Origin: Camelus dromedarius
Lineage: Eukaryota
Length of the DNA: 64,000 nucleotides
Direction of reading: 5' to 3'
Assembly (NCBI RefSeq): GCF_036321535.1
Contig: NC_087454.1
Location: forward strand, 18,166,001-18,230,000
The notes under the pieces were generated by a model. That model did not search any database. It was given only the letters and a program-made list of their open reading frames with translations, and had not been told where the DNA came from. The translations under genes and the position numbers were made by a program. Every line of letters begins with the position of its first letter. Position 1 is the stretch's first letter. Of this stretch, positions 26,515 to 37,859 are shown piece after piece.

Positions 26515-27959
26515 GTAAGCATGTGTTTGATGTCACAGAATAATTAAATTCCTCATTTTACCCTTCTCTGCATACAGATTTTATAGGAGCTCTTCAGATA
26601 GTATTTTTAAAGAATGCTGGCATACTTCCCTAATATAGGGCATAGTTTGCATGGCAATGACCCAAGTTGATGTTATTATAAATTATGGTAGAAAAAACTA
26701 TGGTAGATATAGGTTTTTGTTTTTCAGGTAGCTAATCAATTCTGGAATTTTAGTAACTATTAATTACACAAAATAAAATTATTTTTCTTCATAATAATAA
26801 AGAAGGAAATGCTGGTATTTTTAACAAGAAACCAGAAGAAAAAGGTGACTTTTTATACTCAAAAAGTAAATATAATTTTTACTTAAATTTTCTTATCAAT
26901 TATAATTATATTTAATTTCATTATTATCCTACTATTCCTTATTCCAAATATAAGTCTGATTTTATGAACCCAGCTCTTTTTATTCTTTTTAGCCATAGTA
27001 GGGTCAATTTTTTAAATTGCTTTATAAAGTTAATCTTTATTTGCTACATTCTCCTTTTTCTCTCCATTCATCCATACTGCCATGCACCTCTCCTCTGCAA
27101 GCTAATCATGTTGTTTTGATGTTTCTAAAAGGCTACCAAAAACAAATTATATCCAAAGTTGCCATTTTATTACTGAACAGAGTATCCTCCCTGACTCTGG
27201 CAATCTAGGCTGCAGAATTATTTTTCTTTCAAAGAAATGAATGATAGAGATCTGAGTTGACAGAATTTCATGAGAATAAGACCTAGGAGTATCTAGTAGA
27301 TACAATTATAACTTAATTCAAAAAGTGTCATTGACATTATGAAGTAAATGCATACTTAATACCACATTAATAAGATTATAATAGTCCAGGTCATGGTAGG
27401 CAATAGTTTCCCTGAACCTTGTGATTTTCAAATCATATCTTGGATACTGAACTCGGCCCTGGTTGTCAGATTTCCAGAAGGTCATTGTCAACATGAGGGT
27501 ATTTGGAAGACATCTACTAGGGTGATAATATGCCTGATTACCTTGTTATACGAAGAATCATCAAAGAAAATTGAATGTCTTGTCCTAAAGAAAATTTATT
27601 TTAAATGTGGTAGCTGCCTTTAATGGCTGTCATATAAAGAGAGATTAGATATGATGTATATTCAATAAAGTTAAAATATTTTGTCTTGTGAATAAGGAGA
27701 AACACTTCTTCTTTAATAAAAAGATGATGATTATCAGTCAGAATCTTCTAACTCTGAAATAATCTGCCTTACATGTTTGAACAAATGATGTACAGCTTAT
27801 ATGGCCGGGCAGACGCTATTCCAATATTGGTTGGGTTGCTAGACTTGATGTCTTATATGTGTCTTTAAAATCCTGATATTCAATGGCTTTCAGAAAACAT
27901 AGATTAAATTTTCTTTATTTTATTCTTACCAGCTGTTCAGATGATGTGAAAGGAAGGCA

Positions 27960-28889
27960 ATGGAAAAATCCAACGACAGCTCAGAGTATGGTTTTATCTT
28001 AGTGGGATTCTCTGATCGTCCCAAACTGGAGATGGTGCTTTTCATAGTAAATTTTACTCTGTATTCAGTGGCTGTGCTGGGAAATTCAACCATAATCCTT
28101 GTATGTATATTAGACCCTCAATTTCATACCCCAATGTACTTCTTTCTGGCAAATCTTTCCTTTCTAGATCTCTGCTTCAGTACTAGTTGTATCCCACAGA
28201 TGCTGGTTAACCTCTGGGGCCCTGATAAGACTATCAGCTATGCAGGCTGTGTCGTCCAGCTTTTCTCTTTCCTTTCTGTTGGAGGAATCGAATGCATCCT
28301 TCTGGCTGTCATGGCATATGACCGCTACGCTGCAGTCTGCAAGCCCTTGCACTACATGGTCATTATGCATCCCCAGCTGTGTTTACGACTGGTGGCTGTG
28401 GCCTGGGGAAGTGGACTAGTCAATGCCATTGTCATGTCCCCACTAACAATGACTCTCTCCAGATGTGGCCAGCGACGAGTTAACCATTTCCTCTGTGAAA
28501 TGCCAGCACTGATCAAGATGGCTTGTGTGGATGCTCGTGCAGTGGAAATGCTGGCCTTTACCTTTGCCATTCTCATTGTCCTACTGCCCCTCACTCTTAT
28601 TCTTGTCTCCTATGGCTACATCGCAGCAGCAGTGCTGAGGATCAAGTCAGCTGCTGGGAGACGGAAGGCCTTCAATACCTGTAGCTCCCACCTTACTGTG
28701 GTCTCCTTGTTCTATGGGAGCATCATCTATATGTATATGCAGCCAGGAAACAGCTCTTCCCAAGACCAAGGCAAGTTTCTCACCCTCTTCTACAACCTGG
28801 TAACTCCCATGTTGAATCCACTCATCTATACCTTAAGGAATAAGGAGGTGAAAGGAGCACTGAAGAAGGTTTTGGGGAGGCAACAATGA
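27960..28889 (+). CDS. OR2W4: Olfactory receptor, OR2W subfamily (OR2W4-like by position), intact 309 aa
   Basis: Complete OR ORF (NDS glycosylation site, [52 protein letters not shown]). OR2W membership rests on similarity to the 10234 ORF; the specific symbol is inferred from recalled human gene order. Confidence 0.85.
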   Translation: MEKSNDSSEYGFILVGFSDRPKLEMVLFIVNFTLYSVAVLGNSTIILVCILDPQFHTPMYFFLANLSFLDLCFSTSCIPQMLVNLWGPDKTISYAGCVVQLFSFLSVGGIECILLAVMAYDRYAAVCKPLHYMVIMHPQLCLRLVAVAWGSGLVNAIVMSPLTMTLSRCGQRRVNHFLCEMPALIKMACVDARAVEMLAFTFAILIVLLPLTLILVSYGYIAAAVLRIKSAAGRRKAFNTCSSHLTVVSLFYGSIIYMYMQPGNSSSQDQGKFLTLFYNLVTPMLNPLIYTLRNKEVKGALKKVLGRQQ

Positions 28890-31800
28890 GCAGCAGAGGT
28901 GTGCTAAGTTGTAAAGTCCTAGGCAAAATATTTTTTTCAAACACTACCATTTATTTTGTGCTTATAATAACTTAAGCCAATGTATCAGATGCTCTTGGAT
29001 CTTTTAAGATGTGGATAAATACACTGAAGTGTACCCAGAGTCAAAGTGAATCAGCTATACCTACACATATTGTTGTATCTTTGCAACATAATACTTAGTG
29101 AAAAGAATTAAGTCCCAGAAGAAAGGTGAAATGACTCTCATATAGATATAAAACAAATATGTGTTAAAGATTTTATTCAACACAGTTAATGAGGGAACCA
29201 GGCAAAGTAATAACCAGTTCAAAAAAAAAAAAAAAAAAGACTCAAAAAGCAGAGATTTACAAGAAGTGAAGGAATGTTTGAAGTAAATGTACAAGTGGAG
29301 GCAAAAATTGCTTCTTCCACTGTGGGAAAGGTAAGTCAAATAGTTTCTACCTGACAGAACTCAATTTGCATGTCATACACAAGAACTATTTTGCTTGGCT
29401 ATCAGTTATCTATAATTTACAATGTTGTAAAATGCCTGCCACAGAATCAGAATCAGATAACCTGGAGAGGTGTCTAGACTCTAGACAATGTATAATTTTC
29501 CACTGAAGTATAAATTTGTCCCTTAAAGCTCAACTATATATCTTACTCATGTTATAAAACTGAGTAGTCTCAAGTTTCTTACACACTTGTAGGTATTTTC
29601 ATCCTGATTTTTTAAATAGCGAAACTTTGGTTTATAGATTCTGTGTAAATGAACCTGAGTCACACAGTAGATAACTGGAATTCAAAACCGGTGTGTACAA
29701 ATCTGAGCCTCTGTTGATAGCCACCTTTGTTACAGAGTGTGTAGTGCATGTCAGGTGACCTTGTTTTCTTGTACAATCCTTTAATCATGCTGAGTATGCT
29801 ATAGATCCTATAAAACTCTCACCATTTAGAAGCTCACTAATTTTTCTTTAACTGTTAATACCACATCATCCCTTCCCACATTGTCCCATGAAAATCCCCT
29901 GTCCGAATCTTTCCCATGCTTCAGTGGTCAGCTCTAACACAATACATTTGTAAAATTATCTGGGACTCTGATTTTAAAATGTTCTGTCACTCCTTTTAAA
30001 CTATCACATTTTTATACAATGAAATAACAGTTCTTCTAGTTAATATATTATATGTTTTATATATTCTTATTGGACTGTAAATTTCTTGATGGTAGAACTA
30101 TTTTTTTTAATCCTTCTTAGCACCATTTCAGGTATTAAGTTGTTGTTAAGATGCCTTATAGACAGTAAGTGATCAATAATAACTCAAGATGATCATTAAT
30201 TTTAATTGATTAATTATATCCAGAAATTATTCCTTCATTTTATTTGATGCACTGTCTAAATCTTTGTTCTTCAAGATTATGATTGAATCTATCACAATAT
30301 TCTGTTTGAGTTTAAACTGCTATCAGATGTTTCATGCTTTTTTTAAATCAATTAAACATAAACTCCATAAAGAGAGAGAAAAAAAAGTCATTAAGGAATC
30401 TCCATGGGTATGAAAAATCAGCCCCAACTTTTGGGGAACAAACTTTTTTTTCCTAAATATCAATCTTAAACTCAAGGAGAATTGCTATGAATTCTGCCAT
30501 GGTCTAGAGGCTGTTTTGACAGTGACAACAAATCAGAATTTTAAACCTCTTCTGTTGACATAAGAAAGGTATTCCTCCCCTCCTCATTCAAATTATTTTC
30601 TTGGATACAATGCCCTCAGAGTCCCCATTTCATTATTCCTTATTTGTTACCCAATTCTCATTGTTAATCAATCATTAAAACAACTGAAAATATTTTTTAA
30701 AGCCTCTATAAATATGAGTGGAATAATATATGTTTGCAAATCATATAAATGCTGGAAAGTTAGAAAATGGCCTTTGTGGAAGGCAGTGGGAATGATTATG
30801 TAATACTGAATTTTACACTGAAAATGGAAATTACTCTTAATGAGTATATGGATGTTTAAGTAGAAAAAATGCTTTAAATGAACATTACTGTTGTCTCTGG
30901 TACAGTTGCATGTACTTTCTCAAGGCACTGAGATTTCAGTTAGGTAACACCTAGAATTCTACTCTTGGGATTACATAGCCCCCCATATCATGTGTTATAT
31001 AGATCTGATGATTTCCAAAATAGCCTTTACTTCTATGCTTCTTTTTCTTTTGTATTTGTTTAAGAAAATGTCAATAGTAACTTAATACCTTAGGAAGGCA
31101 CATTTATTTTGCATATTCTGTATTTTACAGAATATTTGTCTTGAAATAATTTATTGGGTGTATTCTTATGACAGAATCAAAAAAATGTTTATTTCAGTGT
31201 GAGAGGACTAACATCCAGTTAAAATAATTTAGAAAGGTATAACAGAACAAATTTAAACATAGAATGACTATCATACATCTATTGTAAAATAAGTTACATG
31301 GATTGTTGATCTTATATGATCTCCCTTTTACTCCTGGTGTACTCCCTATAGACATGTTCAGGATTTTTCACAGCAATTTATCTACCCTGTCTCTACTGTG
31401 ACAGAAAGAAATTCTCTTGGACATTAGAAGTTTTTACTACCTTTAGACGTGCTAAAAAAAAATGATACACAAATTCAAACTTGTTTCCTCTGAAGTACTT
31501 TGTTGTATTAGGGGATCACTTTTTAAATGATCACTCAAAGGAATGAATCCATAATATGAAAATACCAGTCATCATTGAGGCTTATTAAAAATAATATTTA
31601 TCAATTTGAGGAGGGCTCACAAAACTCCACAAAGACATAGCTATTCACATCCATTCTATGTGAAATTAAATTAAATATCACAATTATAATTGATAAGAAA
31701 ATTTAAATTAAAAGTATATGTACTTCTTAAATATAAAAAGTAACTTCTTTCTTCTGGTTTCTTGTTTGAAATACCAACATTTCCTTCCTTATGATTATGA

Positions 31801-33299
31801 AGAAAAGTCAAAAAAATTTTTTTGTTTTGTGTAACTAACAGTTTCTAAAATTCCAGAATTGACTGGCTAAATGAAACACAAAAATCTATATCTACCACTA
31901 TTTTTTCTACCATAATTTGTAATGCCATCAACTAGTGTCATTGCCATGCAAACTATGCCTTGTATTAGGGAAGTATGGCAGCCTTCTTTAAAAATATTAT
32001 GTAAGAGCTCCTGTAAAAGACCGTACTCTTTGAAAGAAGAGTAAAATGAGGAATTTAATTATTCTATGACATCAAACACATGTTTACCTAAGAAAACAAA
32101 AATGTTGAACTCTTTTTAAATTTTTTAGTCAGGTGATTTCTTAGGGACTTCACATGGGCATCTCTGTGAATGTTCTGGATGGTCACCATCCACCAGAGAA
32201 TGGGCCCACTGAGCTCTGCCATTTCTTTTGACTAATATTGTAGGAAAGGAAAGTGTCTAATTTGTAGGTTTGAAGGTGCTGAAAGACGGAGGCCCGTCTT
32301 AGTCCCCAAGACTGCTTCCTGCTGTAGCTTGCAGTGGCGAAAACAAACTATAGTTATCTTTTTGCGTCAATTTTCTGACAAAGGTGGCCTGTGAAGTCAG
32401 TATCAGTTAAGTCAGAGTGGCTGATAGTGTTGTTCAGAACATCTATGTCTTTACTGATTTCTTGCATATAGTTCTATCAATTGCTGAGAAAGCAACTCAT
32501 ATATATGTTAAAATATTCAACCATGACTGTGGAATTGTCTATGTCTCCCTTTAATTTTGCCAAATTTCGCTAAAAAGAAAAAATGACACAGGTGATGTTT
32601 ATTCTTGTACATTTGAATAAAAATGTCACTTGACATATTTTGGCAAAATAACCTGTAAATTTATTGCATTCAAATGCCGATGAATCTTGATCATGACTGT
32701 AAATTATATATGTTTAAAAATGTAGGATCCTAAATCTTATATAAAAAATTACCCCAACCCTAATTCTTTGAAGATTGATCAAATTAATTGCATAATTACT
32801 CAAAGGAGTAATTATCTATCTATTCCTGGTCACAGTGGGGTAGAACGCCTTTAAGAATGTGAATAAGCAATATAAAGATTTCATGTTTATAACATTTTTC
32901 TGACTTAGAGATCACATTAAGCCCAAAACTGACTTTCAAATCACTGTGAATGATCAGTCCAGATGGTGTAAACTTTATATTTGATTCAAACTTATGATTA
33001 AACTGTCTAATCCTTAAACACCTCAATCCAGTTTCTCATTCGTATGCTCTGATATCTTTTTTATAGGGTGGGTGAAGGTTTTCATGACATTATAAGACAC
33101 CCCAGAAATTATGAAAACTTTTTTACTTATGGATAGACTCCTGTCATTAATTTTCTTATGGTGTATATAATAACTGTTAGCATCCAGATTTAGTCTTAGG
33201 CTTTAGAAAATATCCCTGTCTTTCCCATCTGGTCTTTAACATTTATTTTCCTTCAACAAAGAGTAATAAAAAGAGCATAGATAGTTTAGTTACTTAAAG

Positions 33300-33470
33300 A
33301 TAGAGTTGAATCACAGCTCTGCCATATTTTAAATATTTTATTTAAGCTACTTAACTTCTTTGATTCCTAGGTCATTTAGCTGTAAAATATGAATTATATA
33401 AATCAAATGGGGTTGTTTTGATAGTTATTAATACTATGTTTGCATTAAAGTAATAGTTTGCTTTAACTAC
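33300..33470 (+). mobile_element. MIR fragment
   Basis: gttgaatcacagctctgccat, tacttaacttctttgattcct, tgtaaaat. Confidence 0.55.
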
Positions 33471-35379
33471 TGAAAGGCAAGAACAATTGTGTAGGTATTT
33501 GAAAGCATATATGACTGAGAAGAGTGCCAGTGAGGCAGTCTTATGTGTGGTGGGCAGAGAGGAGGGCAGTGGACTCAGCCATAGACAGGGAGGATGACTG
33601 CAGCCCCACTTATGTATCCTTAGGTTAAGGAAACATACAGCTTCCACCAACTAAACAGAAATAACTCTCAGATTTTGATCTTCCTCCTTAAGTTGTCACA
33701 ACTCTAAATAAACAAATGGTTAAATTGCCCTATAATGGTTTCAGAAAGATTCAAAAGCATTGTCAAATTACTTTTACTTTGAGCTTATATATTTTAAGTC
33801 TATATACTTAAGTCTGTGTATTTAAGTCTATAAATTTTGCTAATGTTATTTGCAATGACTTTAGCTAATTTAATTTTCCTATTTTAATTCTCAACATAAA
33901 AACTCTGTAAACTGAGCCATGATAAGTGCCTCTCATGATACTGACTGACAGCAAATATTCCAACCTGATTATATTATATTAGTTTTAGGGGAACTGCTTT
34001 TGGTAGGTAGAAGGAATATAGTCAGACTAAATTAATCATCAGAAGTCGTTGAGCCCTAAAAACTTTCTGAATTATCTGAGGAATAATAAATATTACTTTT
34101 TTGAGGAACTGTACATTTTTGAGGAAAGTCTTCTTTCTGAAAGCTTATACCACACTATCTTTATTAGTGTAGTATCAGCTCTGTGAAAAAGAATAAAAAT
34201 ACCAGACCTCTGCAAGTCCTCTGGAAGAGACACTCTAGACCCTGCCTTAATTTTCCCTCAGGTTTAACAGAGAATATAGTAACAAATATGAAAGGTGATA
34301 CCATTAATGATCCAGTAATAACCCACCCTAAATGCACCACCACCACAGAACAGCCCTGGGCCACAGACACTTGTCAGTTTGGGCTCAGGAGAGGAGTCCC
34401 AGGAACTTGGGTCCTGGGTGACATCTTCAAGAAAATAAAGGAAACATGACATGAACATTTGGTTACCTCCTGAGTTCTGGAGTCTTAATAAGACTCTAAC
34501 CTACTCAGTTCCTCATTAATTGTTGTGATTACTGCAGAAATACCTCCATTATTTAAGATAGCCCAGTGCCTTTATTTGCTCCCTTCGATAGCCTTCTCTC
34601 TAGTTTATTGTGTCCTTGGTTGTTGAGTTATATATCTATTACCGGGCCCTCTTATTTTGACCACATGGTCCTATTATAATGAAAAATGAGGAATTATAGA
34701 TGTTAAGCTTCCTTTTGTCCAACAAAAAAGGAAATATGTATTATACATGTGTGTGTGTGCATTTGTGTGTAGAATATCTTGAAAATGGGCAGTTGGAGGC
34801 GACATGGAAAGAGGAGTTGTTTGAGTAAATAAGAGGTGGTGGCTCCCTGGGATGTCTTTTCTGCCAACATTGACAAACATACCTTGGGAGTGAGACAAAC
34901 TATCCTTTTACTTCCAATAGTTTATAGACCTCCCTCTCCTCTTAAAGCCTCTAAGGAGTATATTGTGTATATTGTGTTAGTTCATGGTTCCAGAGGGCCT
35001 CTCGACCAATCGCTACTCCCAGGAGTGGGAAACGATGGAAGGGTGGAAGAATGAACTTCAAGGACTTCTGGTTTTCCTTCTTAAACTCAGAAGTGATACA
35101 TAATTTTCATTCTTTTCATCACCCCTAGTTTTTCACCTCATTCATATAACTTCATAAATGTTATCTTCCAAGTTATTAACTGACTTTGAAAAGCCCAAAT
35201 TATTTCATGATTTTAATGTTAATTAAATAATTCAACAAATGTTAATTTATTAGATACTGCTAAAAACACAGTGGAATGCAATTACCATGTTTTCTGCTGT
35301 CTTGGAACCACTAGACCAGTGTGGGAAAAGACAATAAACACAAACCCACACATAAATAATAATTATAATTTGCCATAAC

Positions 35380-35560
35380 AGCAATAGTAATAGTAGCTAT
35401 GATGTATGATCATGAATATACTACATGCCAGGAACTGTTTTAAGCTCTTTATATATGAAACTAGTTAATTCTTACAAAAATATATGATTTAGGTCTTGTT
35501 ATTTTTGTTATTTTTACAGATGAGGAAACTGTGGCATAGAAAGGTTAATTAATCTGATCA
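35380..35560 (-). mobile_element. MIR fragment
   Basis: ttttacagatgaggaaactgtggcatagaaaggtta. Confidence 0.65.
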
Positions 35561-35960
35561 AGGGGAAAAGACACAAATTGCCAATATCAGGTATGAGAGA
35601 TGTGATGTCACTACAGATGCTACAGATTTTTTTAAGATAGTAAAAGAATCATATTATAGAATAGGAAAATTTCTTGAATTACACATACTATCAAAAACTC
35701 ATTCAAGAAGATTCTGAATAGTCCTTATCTGTTAAAGAAATTTATTTTAAAGCTAAACCACCTTAAAAAGCTTCTCACAAAGAAAATTCCAGGACTTTAT
35801 GGTTTCACTGGTGAATTCTACCAAAGTTTAGGTAAGAAATAATACCAATTCTACACAAACTCTTCCAGAAAATTAAAACAGACTTATACTTCTGAATTCA
35901 TTTTTTGAGGCCAGCACTACTCTAACAATAGAACCAGAAAAAGTCATTAGAGGAAAAAAT
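35560..35960 (+). mobile_element. Older L1 ORF2 fragment
   Basis: Degenerate ORF2 text (aaagacacaaattgccaatatcagg, ttcactggtgaattctaccaa, gaggccagcactactcta). Confidence 0.7.
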
Positions 35961-35963
35961 AAA

Positions 35964-36937
35964 ATAATACTCAATGGTGAAAAGTTGAAAGCCTTCCCAC
36001 TAAAATCTGGAACAAGACAAAGATGCCTACTCTTACCACTTCTGTTCAACATATTATTGAAAGTCCCAGCCATAGCAATCAGACAAGAAGAAAAATAAAA
36101 ATAAAAGTGATCCAAATTGGAAGGGAAGAGGTAAAATTGTCACTATATGCGGATGACATGATACTATATATGGAAAACCCTAAAGATGCCACACAAACAC
36201 TAGTAGAGCTGATAAACAAGTCAACAAAGTAGCTGGTTACAAGATTAACATACAGAAATCTATTGTATTTCTTCATACTAACAATGAAATAACAGAAAAG
36301 GAAAGTAAAAAACAATCCCTTTTAAAATTGCTTCAAAAAAATACTTATGAATAAAGTTGACCAATGAAGGGAAAGACNNNNNNNNNNNNNNNNNNNNNNN
36401 NNNNNNNNNNNNNNNNNNNNNNNNNNNNNNNNNNNNNNNNNNNNNNNNNNNNNNNNNNNNNNNNNNNNNNNNNNNNNNNNNNNNNNNNNNNNNNNNNNNN
36501 NNNNNNNNNNNNNNNNNNNNNNNNNNNNNNNNNNNNNNNNNNNNNNNNNNNNNNNNNNNNNNNNNNNNNNNNNNNNNNNNNNNNNNNNNNNNNNNNNNNN
36601 NNNNNNNNNNNNNNNNNNNNNNNNNNNNNNAGAACAAAGCTGAAGGAATAACCCTCCCAGACTTCAGACAATACTACAAAGCTACTGTAAGCAAAACAGC
36701 GTGGTACTGGCACAAAAACAGACATATGGATGAATGGAACAGAATAGAGAGCCCAGAAATAAACCCACACACTTACGGTCAATTAATCTTCAATAAAGGA
36801 GGCAAGAATGTGCAATGGAGAAAAGACAGTCTCTTTAACAAGTAGTGTTGGGAAAGCTGGACAGCCACATGTAAATCAATGAAGTTAGAACACTCCCTCA
36901 CACCATGCACAAAAATAAACTCAAAATGGCTTAAAGA
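35964..36937 (+). mobile_element. Young L1 ORF2 fragment (RT domain onward), spanning the N gap, without poly-A
   Basis: [39 protein letters not shown] (YADD catalytic motif), [46 protein letters not shown]. Confidence 0.92.
36378..36630. other. Assembly gap or masked run (253 N)
   Basis: Direct. Confidence 1.
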
Positions 36938-36946
36938 AATATTGTT

Positions 36947-37366
36947 AACACCATTTGCAGCAACATGGATGCTCCTGGTGAATGTCATTCTAAGTGAAGT
37001 AAGCCAGAAAGAGAAAGAAAAATACCATATGAGATCGCTCATATGTGGAATCTAAAAACAAACAAACAAAGCATAAATACAAACCAGAAACAGAATCATA
37101 GACATAGAATACAAACTTGTGGTTGCCAAGGGGGTGGAGGGTGGGAAGGGATAGACGGGATTTCAAAATTGTAGAATAGATAAACAAGATTATACTGTAT
37201 AGCACAGGGAAATATACACAAGATCTTATGGGAGCGCACAGAGAAAAAAATTTGACAATGACTACATATATGTTCATGTATAACTGAAAAACCATGCTCT
37301 ACACTGTAATTTGACACAACATTGTAAAATGATTATAAATCAATAAAAAAAGTTATATTGTTAAAA
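36947..37366 (+). mobile_element. Young L1 3' end (ORF2 terminus, 3'UTR, A tail) flanked by a 14-bp direct repeat
   Basis: PFAATWM-type ORF2 end, camelid-type 3'UTR, AATAAA plus A-run. aaagaaatattgtt at 36933-36946 and 37367-37380. Confidence 0.9.
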
Positions 37367-37859
37367 AAAGAAATATTGTTCATGTTAATCAAGGACTTCG
37401 CTGATTGATAAAGAGTTGAACAATTCTCTAATTTTTTAATAATCTTTATGTACCTTTTTTAAATTCTTTCAGTCTAATTTTCATTCATTCTAGTTTATTC
37501 CTTTTTCAAGATCATATTAACCAACTGTCTATTTCATGCATGTTTTCAACAGAAAATATTAATTCTATGGATTATTTTTCACTTTTACTTTTACTTCATT
37601 AATTTTGCCATTCTTTCTTTTTTCTTTCATTAAATTTTTCTGTTCTTTTTCTGCCATTTTGAACTGAAACTTCAGTTCCTTTTTTTTTCCCTCTGGCTGG
37701 TTCTTGTCAAAAGGATTTAATGTATAAATTTTCCCCTGAAAGTCCCTTTGGCCCTAGGTAACAGATGTATGTTTATATGTAATAGTTTATCTTTCTACTT
37801 CACATAGATTGTAACTTCAATTTTTATTTTCATGCAAAATTTATTCTAAAGTGTTCTTC

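Larger units (their letters stand above)
26432..32170. repeat. Inverted duplication pair: 26432-~26920 (+) and ~31662-32170 (-)
   Basis: Collinear reverse-complement similarity over ~490 bp with exact anchors of 22-25 bp: 26537-26561 vs 32041-32065, 26640-26661 vs 31937-31958, 26883-26907 vs 31682-31706. Confidence 0.9.

Noticed and set aside
36278-36845. ORFs of 95-162 aa spanning the N run
   Set aside because: Their length is an artefact of Ns translating as X. The real content is L1 ORF2.
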